From Octopus vulgaris (taxonomy: Eukaryota), in assembly GCA_951406725.2 (NCBI GenBank), contig OX597820.1, forward strand, positions 85,064,001-85,128,000: DNA of 64,000 nucleotides. Reading direction: 5' to 3'. The notes below the pieces were generated by a model. The model ran no database searches. It was not told the origin of the DNA and saw nothing but the letters and a program-made list of their open reading frames with translations. Position 1 is the stretch's first letter, and each line of letters begins with the position of its first letter. The translations under genes and the position numbers were made by a program. This document shows, piece by piece, positions 1 to 13,427 of the stretch.

Positions 1-1540
1 TTTCCAAGGAAACTCGTCATCCTCTTAATATTTGTCTTATGTTTAATCACCTTCAGTTTAGATTTAAAGAAGGCAAAGGAAGGGTATCAGTTCAGAAATA
101 CTAAAGGTAGAAATTAACCATTTGCTAGATGAATGATCGGAAGCTTTGTAGTAAGAAGGAAAAATAGATGGATTCTTTAATACATAGTATAAGACACATT
201 ATAAAAAAAATAGGTATGGCATTTGGCATAGATAAATATGCAAAATTATTCATGAGAATGGGACATGTAGTTAAAAGCAAAGGCATCTAATTACTAGATG
301 GACATGTATTAAAATCGTTGGAATGAGGAGAGGGGTATAAGTACCTAGGATTATTACAATGTGATAGAGCACTAACTATAGAAATGAAAACGAAAATTGA
401 GAATGAGTACATCAGAAGGATGAGGACGCTGGGGAGTTAAAGCTAAATTGTCTGAATCTAGTAATGGCTGTAAATATATGGGCAGTATCGTTGCTAAGCT
501 ACTCAGAAGCTTTGTACATTGGACTAAAACTAGATTAGCAAAGCTTGAAAAAATAACTAGGAACGGATTCGAGAGGAATGGAGGACTCCACCCACGAGCA
601 GGATTAACAAGATTATACTTACCTAGAAGGGAAAGTGGAAGAGTGTTAATATCAGTTGAAGACTGCGTAGAGTTAGATATAAACTTCTATGTAGGTAATC
701 GTGACGAAAGTTTATTAAGAGCTGCTAGAGTCACAACGGGACATAGGGAAACCAAAAGTCAAAATAAAGTTAAAACCAGGAAAGTGAACAAATATAATCT
801 GACTGATAAAAGAAGGCTCTGCATGGTAGATTCCTAAATATATTTGCAGCAAATAGTAGTAGTGGAACATAGTTATGGTTGCAGAAAGGAAGGTTGAAAA
901 GGGAGACACAGAGTTTGTTGGCAGCAGTACAAGATCAAGCATCAAGGAATAACTGGATACAACCCATAATGGACAAAACTAAGTGGATTCCCAGAGTAGG
1001 TCATGCAAATCAAAGGAAGAAATATTTACTCATATAGTAAGTGAATAAAGCATACTCGCACGGAAGGATACAGGAAAACACATGACAAACTAGGGAGAGT
1101 AATCCACTGGGATTAATGGAGGAAGCTATTATTTTACCATACTGATAAAAGGTATGGACATGAACCTTGTAAAGTACTAGAAAGTAAGAGACACAAGTTG
1201 CTGTGGGACTTTAATATTCCGAAGTTAGAAGGCCTTATTTAGTGGCAGGAGATAAAGAGAATAGAAAGTGCCATATAATTGACTTTGCAGTCCCAAATGA
1301 TAAGCAAATAAAGATGTGGTACAGAGAAAATAGCAAGGTACCAGGATTTAGTTATTGAAGTACAGAGACTATGGAAAGCGTGGGTAAAATATATCCCAGT
1401 AATTATAGGTACATTAGGAACTATCCCTAAATATTTGAAATGGTCGGTAGAGGAAATAGGCATAAAACCCAGTCAGTTATATCTCCAGAAAACTGTGATA
1501 TTAGAAACATTAAGGAGACTTAGGGTTTTGACATGTAAGA
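1..1540 (+). mobile_element. Decayed R4/Dong-type non-LTR retrotransposon fragment (RT C-terminus to RLE endonuclease)
   Basis: Broken frames give YKYLG, HPRAGLTRLYLPRRESGRVL (ORF 448-837), RxHDKLGRVIHW, LLWDFNI and IPVIIGTLGTIP. Many stops and frameshifts. Confidence 0.85.
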
Positions 1541-1629
1541 TTACATATTGTTGTTCGGTATTAGGAATGTTTCTATTCTTGCAGTTTTATCTGTTGCGAG
1601 CGTAATAATGAAAATGATAATAATAATAA

Positions 1630-3246
1630 TAAGAGACCTGGATAAATGTGCAAAAGCTACCTTTATCAAAGGAAAATTGACAGAAACATCTAACGTTAAC
1701 CTTGACAAGCAGAACGTCATAAAAGAGTTAGAACTACAAATACCTAGGGGTAATTGAAGTGGACGGAATCAAACAAGCAATGATGAGGGAAAGGATCAGA
1801 AGAGAATGTTATCGCAGAGTGAGTGCTATACTGAATACAGAGCTGAATGCAAGAAACAGGATCGAAGCAACCAATGTTGTAGCCATACTAGTGGTGACTT
1901 ACAGTTTCAATATCATTAACTGGCCAATTACTGAAATATTTAATCTTGACAGAAAAATACGGACACTGTATGGAATACACCACGCTAAGGCAGATATAAA
2001 ACGGCTTTATCTGCCAAGAAACAAGGGAGGCCGTGGACTTTTACAACTGGCATTAACAGTGAAGATTGCTACAATTGGCCTAGACAGCTACCTGAAAAAA
2101 TCTGAGGACTGGATTTTAAAACTTATCTCAAAACATTAAAACAAGAAAGCATTAAACTCAGTAACAAAATAGGCAAAGGGATATCTAAGTGAAATCCGAA
2201 TACAACAAATTCCAGAATTAGAAGTACTAAAAACAAGCGCAGAAAAAGCTAAGCGCTAAAACTGCTGCCTTAGATAATCTGACTGATAAATGGCAAGGAA
2301 AATCTCTCAATGGTAAATACCCAAAGAGAGCTAATTATGCCAATGTTGGCAAAGCCCCTATCCATCTTTGGGTATTGGCTTCTGGCTTAAAATCAGAAAC
2401 AGAAGGCTTTATCGTAGTAGCCCAAGATCAATGTCTACCTATAAGAAACTATCAGACCAACATATTAAGGAACGGCAGGTCCACAATATGTCATGAATCT
2501 CAACAACAAAATGAGACCATTCACCATGTTGTCTCCATGTGCAGTCTTCTTACTCCTACAGAGTATCTCAACAGGCATGATAGAGCTGCACAATATATTC
2601 ACTGGGTAATGTGCAAAACGTGGACTTTCCCCATAATTGAAACTGGTAGGAAGACAAACCACCTCCAGTGCTTGCAAATGACCACATCTCACTCCTCTGG
2701 AACTTCACCATTCCAGCTGACTGAAAGATAGAAGCGAATAGGCCAGACATCATATTGAAAGACTTCAGATAAAAATCATGCCTCCTCATTAATATGACTG
2801 TCCCAAATGATATAAACGTATCTGTCAAGACCTACCAAAACTGAGCAAGTATTAAGATCTTGAAATAGAAATTAGCAAAATGTGGAACCTGAAGACTAAA
2901 ACGATACCTGTTGTCATAGGTGCCCTAGGAATGATAGAAAAATGGGCTGATTGCTACCTAGCTCCGATACCAGGAATCCCAAAATGGCAGAAATTCAAAA
3001 GATAGTGGTCATGGGAATTGCCTATATCCTAGGTAAAATACTGACTATGTAATCTCAAAATTTAAAACAAACCCTTAATTTTCTTAGGCTTTCTTAAACA
3101 TTCTCTAGAACAACACTGTGTACAAAACCAAATATATGGCACCCTAGGCATAAAACCAACAGGAACTTCTAACTTATTGTCTCTTGAGGCCTTTGGGTGA
3201 GACTTGGAGCCAACTTGTACAAATGCAAAGCTAAAATCAACCCTAA
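1630..3246 (+). mobile_element. Second decayed R4/Dong-type non-LTR element with 3' UTR ending at (TAA)n
   Basis: ORFs 1759-2139 (HHAKADIKRLYLPRNKGGRGL) and 2375-2731 (AQDQCL, ETIHHVVSMC, RHDRAAQYIHW). RPDI and IPVVIGALG follow. (TAA)n comes directly after. Confidence 0.88.

Positions 3247-3306
<60 letters not shown>
3247..3306. repeat. (TAA)n microsatellite
   Basis: Direct reading. Confidence 0.98.
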
Positions 3307-3317
3307 CATGATGAAAG

Positions 3318-3570
3318 AATTGCTTGTCAGTCGCTTGACCTTAACAAGTTGAGCATGTCCCTTGGTGGCTGACGATATGTGCATCTCTGATCACGAGCAG
3401 AAATATTGTGTGGGACGCATCATAGCCATGTGTGGAGAGGAATCCTTTGGGGTTTGGATAATTCACATTTGGAAACATAGGTGTTTTGGTAAACATCCTT
3501 AAACAACCCTTATTCAGGGACCTCTTGATCGGGATGGGATACGCAACCTCAAGAAAATTCTATCTGATTT
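3318..3570 (+). mobile_element. Partial copy of the non-coding TAA-associated repeat also present at 58362-58916
   Basis: ttgcttgtcagt...gagcatgtcccttggtggctgacgatatgtgcatctctgatcacgagcagaa...aagaaaattcta aligns with 58497-58735. Confidence 0.85.
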
Positions 3571-3589
3571 GTGGCATACAATTCTACCC

Positions 3590-3762
3590 CCCATCATCAT
3601 CATCATCATCTTTCTCCTCCTCCTCCTCCCCATCATCATCATTATTATCATTATTATTATTACTTATTATTATTATTATTATTACCATTATTTTTGTTGT
3701 TGTTGTTATTATTATTATTATTATTATTATCATTATTGTTGTTGTTGTTGTTGTTGCTGTTG

Positions 3763-3811
<49 letters not shown>

Positions 3812-3820
3812 TATTAATAC
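3590..3820. repeat. Compound (CAT)n/(TTA)n/(TTG)n microsatellite
   Basis: Direct reading. Confidence 0.97.
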
Positions 3821-3899
3821 TATATAAGGAGAGGGAGAGAGACAGTGACGTATATGTACACATTGGGTTAGAGTAAAGTGAGAAAATTGAAAAAGACTT

Positions 3900-4243
3900 G
3901 AGAGCATATCTGAACGAGAATGGAGATAAATGCCTACTATTATATTATGAGTATGCTTAATCTAAATATGCTTAGTATAAGTAACAGAGATGAGCGTACA
4001 AATGGATGGGAACTAAAACTTCAACCTCTCTCTGAAGCCCTTGCACCTTGAAAACGAAATCTAACTATGAAAATATTCATTATTCACCTATTATGTTACT
4101 TGAGATGCAGATAAATACAGGTTGTCTTGAAACGTGTATTTACACGGAACTCAAAATATAGGCTACAAAAGAAAGAAAAATGACAACAAAACAGAATAGA
4201 AAACTTATGCATAGTGTTATCTCAACAACTGTTTCCAGATAAG
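3900..4243 (+). pseudogene. Possible EVE fragment, negative-strand RNA virus L pre-motif region
   Basis: Stop-interrupted frame ending ELKI*ATKERKMTTKQNRKL, resembling the KEHEFKIKIPRKL motif at 24442. Confidence 0.3.
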
Positions 4244-4244
4244 C

Positions 4245-4680
4245 TTAACTTACTATAAACGTATTCATACTTAATATGTGCATGGTGTCATATGTGAATG
4301 TGTCGTGCGAAAATTCCCGAGGAAATTGTTCAATTAATTTTGTAGCCTCTTCTACAGAATAATGGGGTTGACGTCGTGTGTATGTTATATTTGTTTTATT
4401 ACGTAAGTTATGACTAACGAGAAAACCCTGCCACAATAAGGCTTCAAGTATTTCTTCTGCTCTCTTTGCCCTTCCGTCAGTAATGTGTTTTTTTTTTGTC
4501 CATGTAAATATATGTATCAAACTTTCCGTTTTTTTTTCTGCCTTTCTACTTACAGTTATGTCAGCGTATATAGCATATTTAGTGAGATTTACCACCGGAA
4601 ATGCGACAAGAACTAAAGAAGTTCAAGTGATTCTGTTAATATCTTCGAAACCGAAATTGTTGCAACCTTAAAAGACTGTA
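4245..4680 (-). pseudogene. EVE fragment, negative-strand RNA virus L N-terminal RdRp region
   Basis: Non-repetitive 116 aa ORF: NLTKYAIYADI...AEEILEALLWQGFLVSHN. It resembles the K..YA(E/D)I and F...Y..KH region of Haploviricotina L proteins (manual inference). Confidence 0.45.
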
Positions 4681-4785
4681 GGATGTAGTAATGTACAATG
4701 TATGTATGAATATATGTATGAATGCATGTACGTATGTAAATATGGATATATGTACGTATGAATATGTATATGTATGTTTGTATGA

Positions 4786-4825
<40 letters not shown>

Positions 4826-4849
4826 ATATACATACATACATATATATAC

Positions 4850-4914
<65 letters not shown>

Positions 4915-6399
4915 TGTGTGAATGTGCGTGTGTGTGTGAGTGTATATATATATATACCTGTAATGGATGCTTGTATAGTGTACGTATGCGATTTCAAATA
5001 TATTATATGTAACCAGTATCTAGATACTTATCAGTATTTTATATCAAGAAAGATATAACTGTGAAAAGCATTCGGGTTTTATTGTACGACCTTGGTCTAA
5101 AGTACGTCATTGGTCTAAATAGACAAACGGATTTTCAATATACTAGGAAAAGCTGTAGTCGTATATTGTTGAATAACATCATCTCATCCACGTTTGACTA
5201 AGGATAATGAAGGAATTATGAAATCCAAGACTGATGAAAATTTTAGGTTTGAGTGTCTGATGAAGTGTGACCTAGAGAAGGTACGTACCTAGGATTGCAT
5301 ATTTTGCTAGGTTTCTTCAATGAAACACGTGAAAGAGAACGTAATTTAATAAATGTGTTTTTATTCTTTTTTTGTTACATATGTGTATGTTTATGTGATT
5401 GTGTACATGATTTCGCATACAAATAAAAGTAAACACTCGATGTATGAAGTAGAAAACATATTTATTCAGGAAATAGTGATTCAGGAAAATTTTAGTAAGA
5501 GATTGGCACACATGCAATGTTTGGGTGATAAGCTGGAGAGTTTACTAGTGAATGCATGTCACAGTGTAGACATAAAATTTCTGTCTTTGTAATCCACTCC
5601 ACTGTGGTGATATCTAACATAATATTACAGGATTATGGTGGCATATTCTTTAGTACACAATGATGCCTGTGTGTAATTCAACTGATAATACCTTATCCCA
5701 AGTAAATATTCCAATGTTGTGAATTTTAAACATTTAGGAAACTTGCATAAACGGCGAATATTACTGCTGGATGCCTCTTGCTTTAACAAAACAGATTATC
5801 CATGCAGGTTTTTCTTATAAAAGCAAATATTGAATCACTTCTTAAGATATCACATCTTAAGAAAACATCAATACCATTTCTTAACGTAAAATAGAGCATT
5901 TGTAACGTGTATAATTTTTTTTGTTGTGAAATTAAAGGAGTGAGATTTGATACATCTTAGTAACAGAATATTGGAATTTCGGGCGCGAAATATATTGCAG
6001 TATCATATATCGATTTATTAACTGTGTATGTTGACATTTTTTTATATTTATAAATTATCATATAACAACAAAAAATATTTGATTATAGCAACCATAAAAT
6101 ATTGATTTTATTGAGATAAAATGTAAATTTGAACTCTTTTAAGATTTAAAGTTATAATATAGAAGTGATCGACTTAATGAGGGATTTTTATTCAGTGAGT
6201 AGGTGTCCGTGTCTATTTCAAAGTTAATTCGTATCGGTAATATTCGAACTAATGCGTAGTTAAAAGAATGATACATCGTACTTAGTATCCTCACAGTTAG
6301 TGATTTTTGTTTATTAAATATCAGAAAAGAAATGAATACCTGAAATATCGGACTTCATAACTATAACATAACAGTGTTTCTCAAATCTTCAATTTAAAA

Positions 6400-6760
6400 C
6401 TCGTATAATATTGACAGAAACGTTAAAGCATCGTACAATAAATTTTGCGATATTCTAACCCTTTATTTAGTGAAGTCAGATTTCTTTCTATTCCTCGGAT
6501 TCGATGACGTACCACTTCGCATTTTTCTTTCTTTTTTTTACGTCCATAGCACTGAAACACATTCTATATCACCCCGATGGAATGGTGCTTTCTATAACAT
6601 ACACAGCAAAGACAAATGGAGCAAATTATGGACTCTCCCAACCATTTAATCTTTTGTCAGCTAAGTCACAATGATTGTATCAGTGAATATTTCTTTAACT
6701 CTGGTTTGCTCATATCTGAGGAATTATTCACGCTAACTACTTTGTTAACTTGGGTAAGCA
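6400..6760 (-). pseudogene. EVE fragment, L RdRp motif B region
   Basis: Frame reads FLRYEQTRVKEIF...PFHRGDIECVSVLWT (6579-6541). ggt gat ata gaa tgt is two substitutions from GGIEG, and LWT follows. Confidence 0.55.
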
Positions 6761-6780
6761 CAGTATATATATATATATAT

Positions 6781-7885
6781 TTATAAATGAGGGTGTAAAA
6801 TTGATATTAATTTAATAATACCATTAATTTAACACCGAGTGGCTTAGCACAAAAAACTACGGAGAAAATACAAATTTATACATAAATTATTAGAGAGTTA
6901 ACCACTATGTGGATAACTCTAGTGCTAAAAATAGCCCCGATTGTATGGCCACAGAAAAAAGATGTTTCCAACTAGAAGTAACATACATTTAACGGAAGGA
7001 AAGTGAAATATAACGAATAAATAGATTGACCCTGAACAAATTGTTTCATTACTAATGTAATATGCAATTTTACTTACATACACATCTACAAATCATCAGC
7101 AGAGGTTTGTCTTAAATACAATTAATTAGACCGACACGGGCGTCAAAAACACGAGCGGTTTAACGAATTGCATTTTTAGTTATGCCTCAAATACCCCGCC
7201 AAAAGCATGCCAAGTCTCCATTGGAAACGTATGCTGCATCAAATAAAATATTTACTGCCGCATAATTAAATTTATAAATTTATAAATGAGGGTGAAAAAT
7301 TGATATTAATTTAATAATACCATTAATTTAACACCGAGTGGCTTAGCACAAAAAACTACGGAGAAAATACACATTATACATAAATTATTAGAAAGTTAAC
7401 CACTGTGTGGATAACTCTAGTGCTAAAAATAGCCCCGATAGTATGGCCACAGAAAAAGATGCTTCCAACTAGAAGTAACATACATTTAACGGAAAGAAAG
7501 TGAAATATAACGAATATATAGATTGACCCTGAACAAATTGTTTTAAACATGGGTAAATGAAAAGCATGCCAGGGGAATTTGAGGCATAACTAAAAATGCA
7601 ATTCGTTAAACCGCTCGTGTTTTTGACGCACGTGTCGGTCTAATTAATTGTATTTAAGACAAACCTCTGCTGATGATTTATAGATGTGTATGTAAGTAAA
7701 ATTACATATTACATTAGTAATGAAACAATTTGTTCAGGATCAATCTATGTATTCGTTATATTCACTTTCCTTCCGTTAAATGTATGTTACTTCTAGTTGG
7801 AAACATCTTTATCTGTGGCCATACTATAGGGGTTATTTTTAGCACTAGAGTTATCCACATAGTGGTTAACTCTCTAATAATTTAT
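6781..7885. mobile_element. Penelope-like element terminal remnant (direct plus inverted repeats) inserted in (TA)n
   Basis: 6781-7045 is repeated at 7279-7545. 7570-7880 is the reverse complement of ~6880-7175. Both ends are flanked by TA runs, and it contains hammerhead-like motifs. Confidence 0.75.
7663..7739 (+). ncRNA. Hammerhead-ribozyme-like motif (inverted copy at 7029-7106, - strand)
   Basis: tctg CTGATGA [long stem II tatgtaa/ttacata] GAAAC aattt GTT cagg. Near-palindromic stem III and a short stem I. Confidence 0.5.
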
Positions 7886-7907
7886 ATATATATATATATA
7901 TATATAA

Positions 7908-8084
7908 TCTCTTACTGGCTGACGTTGTTATACTGCGGCCATCTTGTAGCACCGCCTTGAAGAATTTTTAGTTGAATGAATCGATTCCAATACATTCTCT
8001 TTAAAGCCTGGTCTCTTTTGCTGAACCGATAAGTTACCAGAATGTAAACACGCAAACAGTTGTGTGTTTATACATAGCTATATA

Positions 8085-8142
<58 letters not shown>

Positions 8143-8313
8143 CATATATGTATGTATATATGTATATGTATGTATATTCGACAGCCTTCTTTTAGTTTCC
8201 GTCTAAAACTCCAGTCACAAGACTTTGATCGGCCTGTGGCTATAACAGAAGACACTTGCTGAAGGTAACACGCAGTGCGACTGAACTGGAAACCATGTGA
8301 CTGGAAAGCAACT
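7908..8313 (-). mobile_element. tRNA-head/CORE-like SINE family B with internal (TA/TG)n
   Basis: Reverse complement of the family seen at 48590-49060 (gttcagt...caccttggg...tcttctactatagcc...gaaactgaaagaagcccgtcg). Confidence 0.8.
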
Positions 8314-8316
8314 CTA

Positions 8317-8532
8317 TATACAGGGGGCTGATGAAATGGTCCTGGCTTGCGGTGAAATAAAATACACGAAGATCAGTTAATTTTGATTTAATCATTTCCG
8401 TCTGAGAGTCACACACCTATTGCAGCGGTCCTTCAGTTTTTCTGAGAATTATAAAAATCCTGGAAGGATAGGTACCCGGACATGCCTATCGCGATACCCT
8501 TAAAACCAGGAAAGGTTCAGCGCCCCATCGTA
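8317..8532. mobile_element. Mariner-derived MITE
   Basis: Imperfect TIRs (tacagggggctgatgaaatggtcctggc / accaggaaaggttcagcgccccatcgta). The interior resembles the antisense of a transposase C-terminus (KLKDRCNRCV). Confidence 0.55.
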
Positions 8533-8538
8533 CACACA

Positions 8539-8614
<76 letters not shown>

Positions 8615-8636
8615 CATACACACACGCGCACATACA

Positions 8637-9890
8637 TAGGGTGTCCTAGAAAGATTTTTATTTACCCATATTTAAAACTTTTTCTAAAGAATATCGCTTC
8701 AAGTAATATTATCTACACTTTATGTAAAAATTCGCATATGTCTTTTGTTTATGTGTCTGTTGTTTGTTCGTCTATAACAGGTTTGTAAACAAATATAGCG
8801 TCGAAATTAAAAGGTGAGAAGATTGTCGTTTTGAAAATAACTGGGTGAGAAAGGACGACATAACAAAACAGTTGGATTTGTGCGAATAACAAAGTTCAAT
8901 ACCTGGAAAAGGCATATAGAGTCCGCTAGTATTTCTAACGAACCATTTCCTGGAAGGAAACGATCACTAAGTATTAAACAAAATGTCGAAGCTGTGAGGA
9001 AGGAAATGAACCTAAATACTCTGCAAAAGCATTTGATGATGCACAGGTTTTTTAAAGAGGATTTAAAGCTAACTGCATCCAAAAACCAACAAGAAATTTA
9101 ACTTCAGTAACGTTCAAGAAGAAACTGCTCGACATGGGTAACAACATGTTAGGTGAGATGAAGCATGCCGCTAACAATGTGTTGATCTGGTCCGACGAGA
9201 ATGCCTTCACTGTGGAGGCAGTTACAACAGGCAGAATGACAGGCTTTATGCACGTAATGCAGGAGACTTGCCCGAATGTAGCAGATGTCATTCACGCCAT
9301 CAGAAGCTAGCTTTACCCGTTGTGTGGCCCGCAGCTGCACTGCTGAGTCGAAGTCTCCTTTCATTTTCATTGATGTTGGCTTCAAGTTCAACAGTGAAGT
9401 TAATGGGGAATGATGGATGAGAAAGTTTTACCCTGGGCCACAGAGAACTTTAGAGACCGTTACATTTTCACTTAAGACTGGGCTCCGGTCCATAAATCCA
9501 ATTTCACACAAAGCTGGTGCTAAGAAGAGCATATCAGTGTCTTAGGGACAATCTGATGTCTTCCCTCATGTCCAGGCGGCAATCCCATGGTCTTTGTTAC
9601 CTAGTCCATATTAGAGTGTCATGTTTCCGCTCGCTCCTATTCAAATATGTCAGATCTGAAGAAAGCCCTTCCGTCTACGTGGATCAAATTGGTTGAAGTG
9701 GTAGTATGGTGCTCAAGTAAGTCAGTGAGCACACGTTTGCCGGGTATAATCAAGGCGAAAGGCAGACATTTTGAAATGAAATTACAGTAATGGATTGACA
9801 ATTTACGGTAGAACGTGTTTACCAAATTTCATTATCCTACCTTAAGTTTAATTTGAAATATCAATGGGTAAATCTTTCTAAGACATGCTG
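8637..9890 (+). mobile_element. Decayed IS630-Tc1-mariner transposon, maT/DD37D-like, both TIRs present
   Basis: TIRs tagggtgtcctagaaagattt..taccca / tgggtaaatctttctaagacatgctg, followed by TA. Transposase remnants LIWSDENAFTVEA, T*DWAPVHKSNFTQSWC and PSCPGGNPM..SILE. Confidence 0.8.
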
Positions 9891-9930
9891 TATGTATGTA
9901 TGTATGTATGTATGTATGTATGTATGTATG

Positions 9931-9964
<34 letters not shown>

Positions 9965-9978
9965 TGTATGTATGTATG

Positions 9979-10037
<59 letters not shown>

Positions 10038-10050
10038 GTAGGTAGGTAGG
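9891..10050. repeat. (TATG)n(TATC)n microsatellite
   Basis: Direct reading. Confidence 0.97.
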
Positions 10051-10347
10051 TAGATATGCGTGTATGTATCTATGTATATATGCACATTATTATTATTAAA
10101 GCAGCAAAAACACCACGAGAATATCACAAAAATCTGCTACTAAGAGTTTCTCGCTCGTGTTCGTCGCACAGTTTAGATAATAATAATAAAGTATAGTACT
10201 CTACCTCCGATATTTGAATACTATTTTTCCTACCTTGTCTCACATTTATGTGCAAATTTTGGTATAAATACACACATACACACACACACACATGCATCCA
10301 TACACACACACGCGCGCACACACACACGCACAGACGCGCACATACAC

Positions 10348-10380
<33 letters not shown>

Positions 10381-10944
10381 GCTGCTGAAGCAAGCTAATT
10401 GCACCAAAGCCTGTCTATGTGTGTATTCTCGTTATATATATAACACTACCATGTGAAATGCTTCCAAATGGTGATGTCTCGGCGTCATGTTTAATATTCA
10501 ATATAATTCCATTCATAATTTAAACATTAATATAAAAACATTATTAATCACAATTTTTATACGTAAATATATAAATACGGTTTAAAATGTCATCAGTTAA
10601 CGACGACCAATTTAAATGTTACACAAACTGCTTTTTTCTTTTATCATTTTTCATTATAATGTCAGTATACTGTAGTAATAAATACTTTGAGCTTGCACGT
10701 AGGGTACGTCTGAGTGGACATTTGCTCAGCTAGGAATAGCAGCCACATTTCTTATAAATGATTCTAAGAATTTTAGAAGAATAACACAATACAGGACGGA
10801 AACTTATCTCTAAATCTCTCTATAAGCATATGTAAAGCTCACATACATTCATACAGACAGAAACACACGCACACACAGATATATATATATATATTCACAT
10901 ATAATATATACATATATATATATTCATATTATATATATATATTC

Positions 10945-10986
<42 letters not shown>

Positions 10987-11130
10987 CATCAATGCATTGT
11001 CTAAAGATGAATAGGGTAAATGTTTTTTTCATTTTCCTTAAATTTCGGTATTACTACTATTTGCGGTTGGAGTCCTGGCTGCTCTTTCCAGTGGGTCGAA
11101 CGGCCTATTGTGGCCGTTCCTCAATTGTTG

Positions 11131-11196
<66 letters not shown>

Positions 11197-11795
11197 ATAT
11201 ATTTAAAATGTTAAAATAGGATAACATCTTCAGAACAATTTATCAAGTAGTTAGCGGGAAAAAACCCATAAGAGAAAAAATCCAACAATTTTTTCACTTA
11301 AATGTATTTATTTATATTATATAGAGGGCATTATTACACAAAAATGCTACACGCTAGGAGGGGCTCTTGAAATCAAAACTACTACAAATATATAAACATA
11401 CCGCACCGAATGCAAACTCTTGAAGCGAGACACTTAAAAACAGAATTTAGATATATATCACCTGTGATTTCGTATTTTGTGCTCTTTAATCCTCAGTAAA
11501 AGCATAATTCAAGATTTATAATGAATAAACAAAATCAACATGCCAGACGAACAACTGTCGTATCCACCGTAGTATTAAGAACTGCTCACCCCTTATATAT
11601 CAATGTAAATGGCAGGCTTTTTCTAATTTCATTTCGGTAACACAACGTGCTTATTCGGAATAGAAATTCAGTATTGAATATACTCCGGTTAAATTAGGCT
11701 GAAAACGGCTTAAATTGGAATGGGACAGTAGATGGTATAAATGGCATGCGAGGAACGAAGACAATTATATACATATTTATATATTCATATATACG

Positions 11796-11865
<70 letters not shown>

Positions 11866-11951
11866 CTCCATACATATATACACACACGCATATATATACC
11901 TTTATAAATATGTATGTATGTATACATGTATATATTTTTGCATATATATAT

Positions 11952-11994
<43 letters not shown>

Positions 11995-12019
11995 CACACA
12001 TAGACAGATAGATAGATAT

Positions 12020-12392
12020 TTCTCTGTTACTCTGTTACTTGTTACAGTAATTTCAGCGTGGACATTTGGAGCACCGCCTTTTAGTTGCAGAAATCGATCC
12101 CTGGACTTATTCTTTGTAAGGGTGGGTTTTATTCTATCGAAAATATATGCCGAACTGCTATTTTACCGGGATGTAAACACACTAACATCGGTTTCTAAGC
12201 GATGGTAGGGGAAACAAACAGAGATACCAATAGACACACGCGCACACGCACACACACACACACATACACACACATACACAGAAAGACACACACACAGGAC
12301 GAATTCATTTTATTTTCAGTCAAACAAACCCATTGGCATGGCTTTCGTCCGCCCAAGACTATGGTAGAAAACACTGAATTCGGAACCTGCGC
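12020..12392 (-). mobile_element. SINE family B copy
   Basis: gcaccgcctt...gacttattctttgtaag...gtaaacacactaacatcggtt matches the family on the - strand. Confidence 0.75.
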
Positions 12393-12420
12393 CTATATAT
12401 ACATACATACATACATATGT

Positions 12421-12455
<35 letters not shown>

Positions 12456-12464
12456 CATATCGCC

Positions 12465-12660
12465 ATGTTGATTCGCTAGCTTCTGCACGCATTTTTTTTC
12501 TCTCCTTGTTTCTCTCCGTGTTTCTTTTCTGTTGAAGAGCGTAGGCTCGAAACGTAAAAGACTTGTTTTATTTATATTCCTGAGCGCCATACTAATACAA
12601 TTGTTTGTTTGTATTCCATCTGCCTTCGTCTTTTGTTTATTTTCATAAAGCTTCCCGTTA
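12465..12660 (+). mobile_element. ~190 bp hammerhead-like mini-element, copy 1 (others at 42170-42342 and 53826-54038)
   Basis: Shared core ctgtNGAAGAGCGTAGGCTCGAAACGTAAAAGA and tail tgagcg..actaatac..gtttgttt..cacctgtcttcgtc. Each copy sits at a (TA)n tract. Confidence 0.75.
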
Positions 12661-12711
12661 TATATATACATATATACTTATATATACATATATTCGTATA
12701 TATATAAATGC

Positions 12712-12754
<43 letters not shown>

Positions 12755-12989
12755 TGTATACATATTTATATACATGCATACAAACATAAGTATATATATA
12801 TATTTATCAAGGAAGATCGGACGAATATCACCTTTCTCTAGCATGCTTGAGGAGCCTATACACGCACATATACTTACTTGGAAATGGATGCGTCGCGTTC
12901 AATCATATAATAATATAAATGAAATAGACATATACAAATAGAAATAGACATGCATGTATGTACATACTTACATATACATATTATATATA

Positions 12990-13191
12990 TATATTTATTT
13001 TATAGAAGGAGCTTCTACAGGACTAGAACTGTTTCACTCAAAAGAAATCATCAGGAAGCTGATGATGATTTCTTTTGAATGAAACATTTCTAGTCCTGTA
13101 GAAGCTCCTTCTATAAAATAAATTAATTTACTCTGCTATGTATTGAGTACCTTATTTACTGTGGTTAACCCCGACTCAACGCGGGACCTAC

Positions 13192-13193
<2 letters not shown>
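12990..13193. mobile_element. Palindromic PLE remnant with two hammerhead-like cores
   Basis: ~60 bp arms (tttatagaaggagcttctacaggactagaa...atcatcag / ctgatga...ttctagtcctgtagaagctccttctataaa). Each arm carries CTGATGA..GAAAC..GTC. Confidence 0.65.
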
Positions 13194-13231
<38 letters not shown>

Positions 13232-13396
13232 TGTGTGTGTATATGCCTGTATTGGTACCGGACGTCATAAAATGTAAACAACATGAAATAAGAAGACATA
13301 AACAATGCTTGCCTTCGTATGTCTTGTTGTTTCCCGTAATTCGTATTTCATGCTTTCGTATTTCATGCCGTTTACAATTTCTGACATTCTGTTTCC

Positions 13397-13424
<28 letters not shown>

Positions 13425-13427
<3 letters not shown>

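Noticed and set aside
3486-3907. Poly-I/Y/L/N ORFs here, and the many IYIY/CVCV/HTHT ORFs across the window
   Set aside because: They are translations of microsatellites, not genes.
11098-11120. GC-rich hairpin gaacggcc-tattgt-ggccgttc as a terminator or Helitron end
   Set aside because: Single copy with no supporting terminal motif. Bacterial terminators are irrelevant in this context.
11455-11500. Hammerhead-like CTGAGGA...GAAAT on the - strand
   Set aside because: Stems do not pair convincingly, so it is too degenerate to call.
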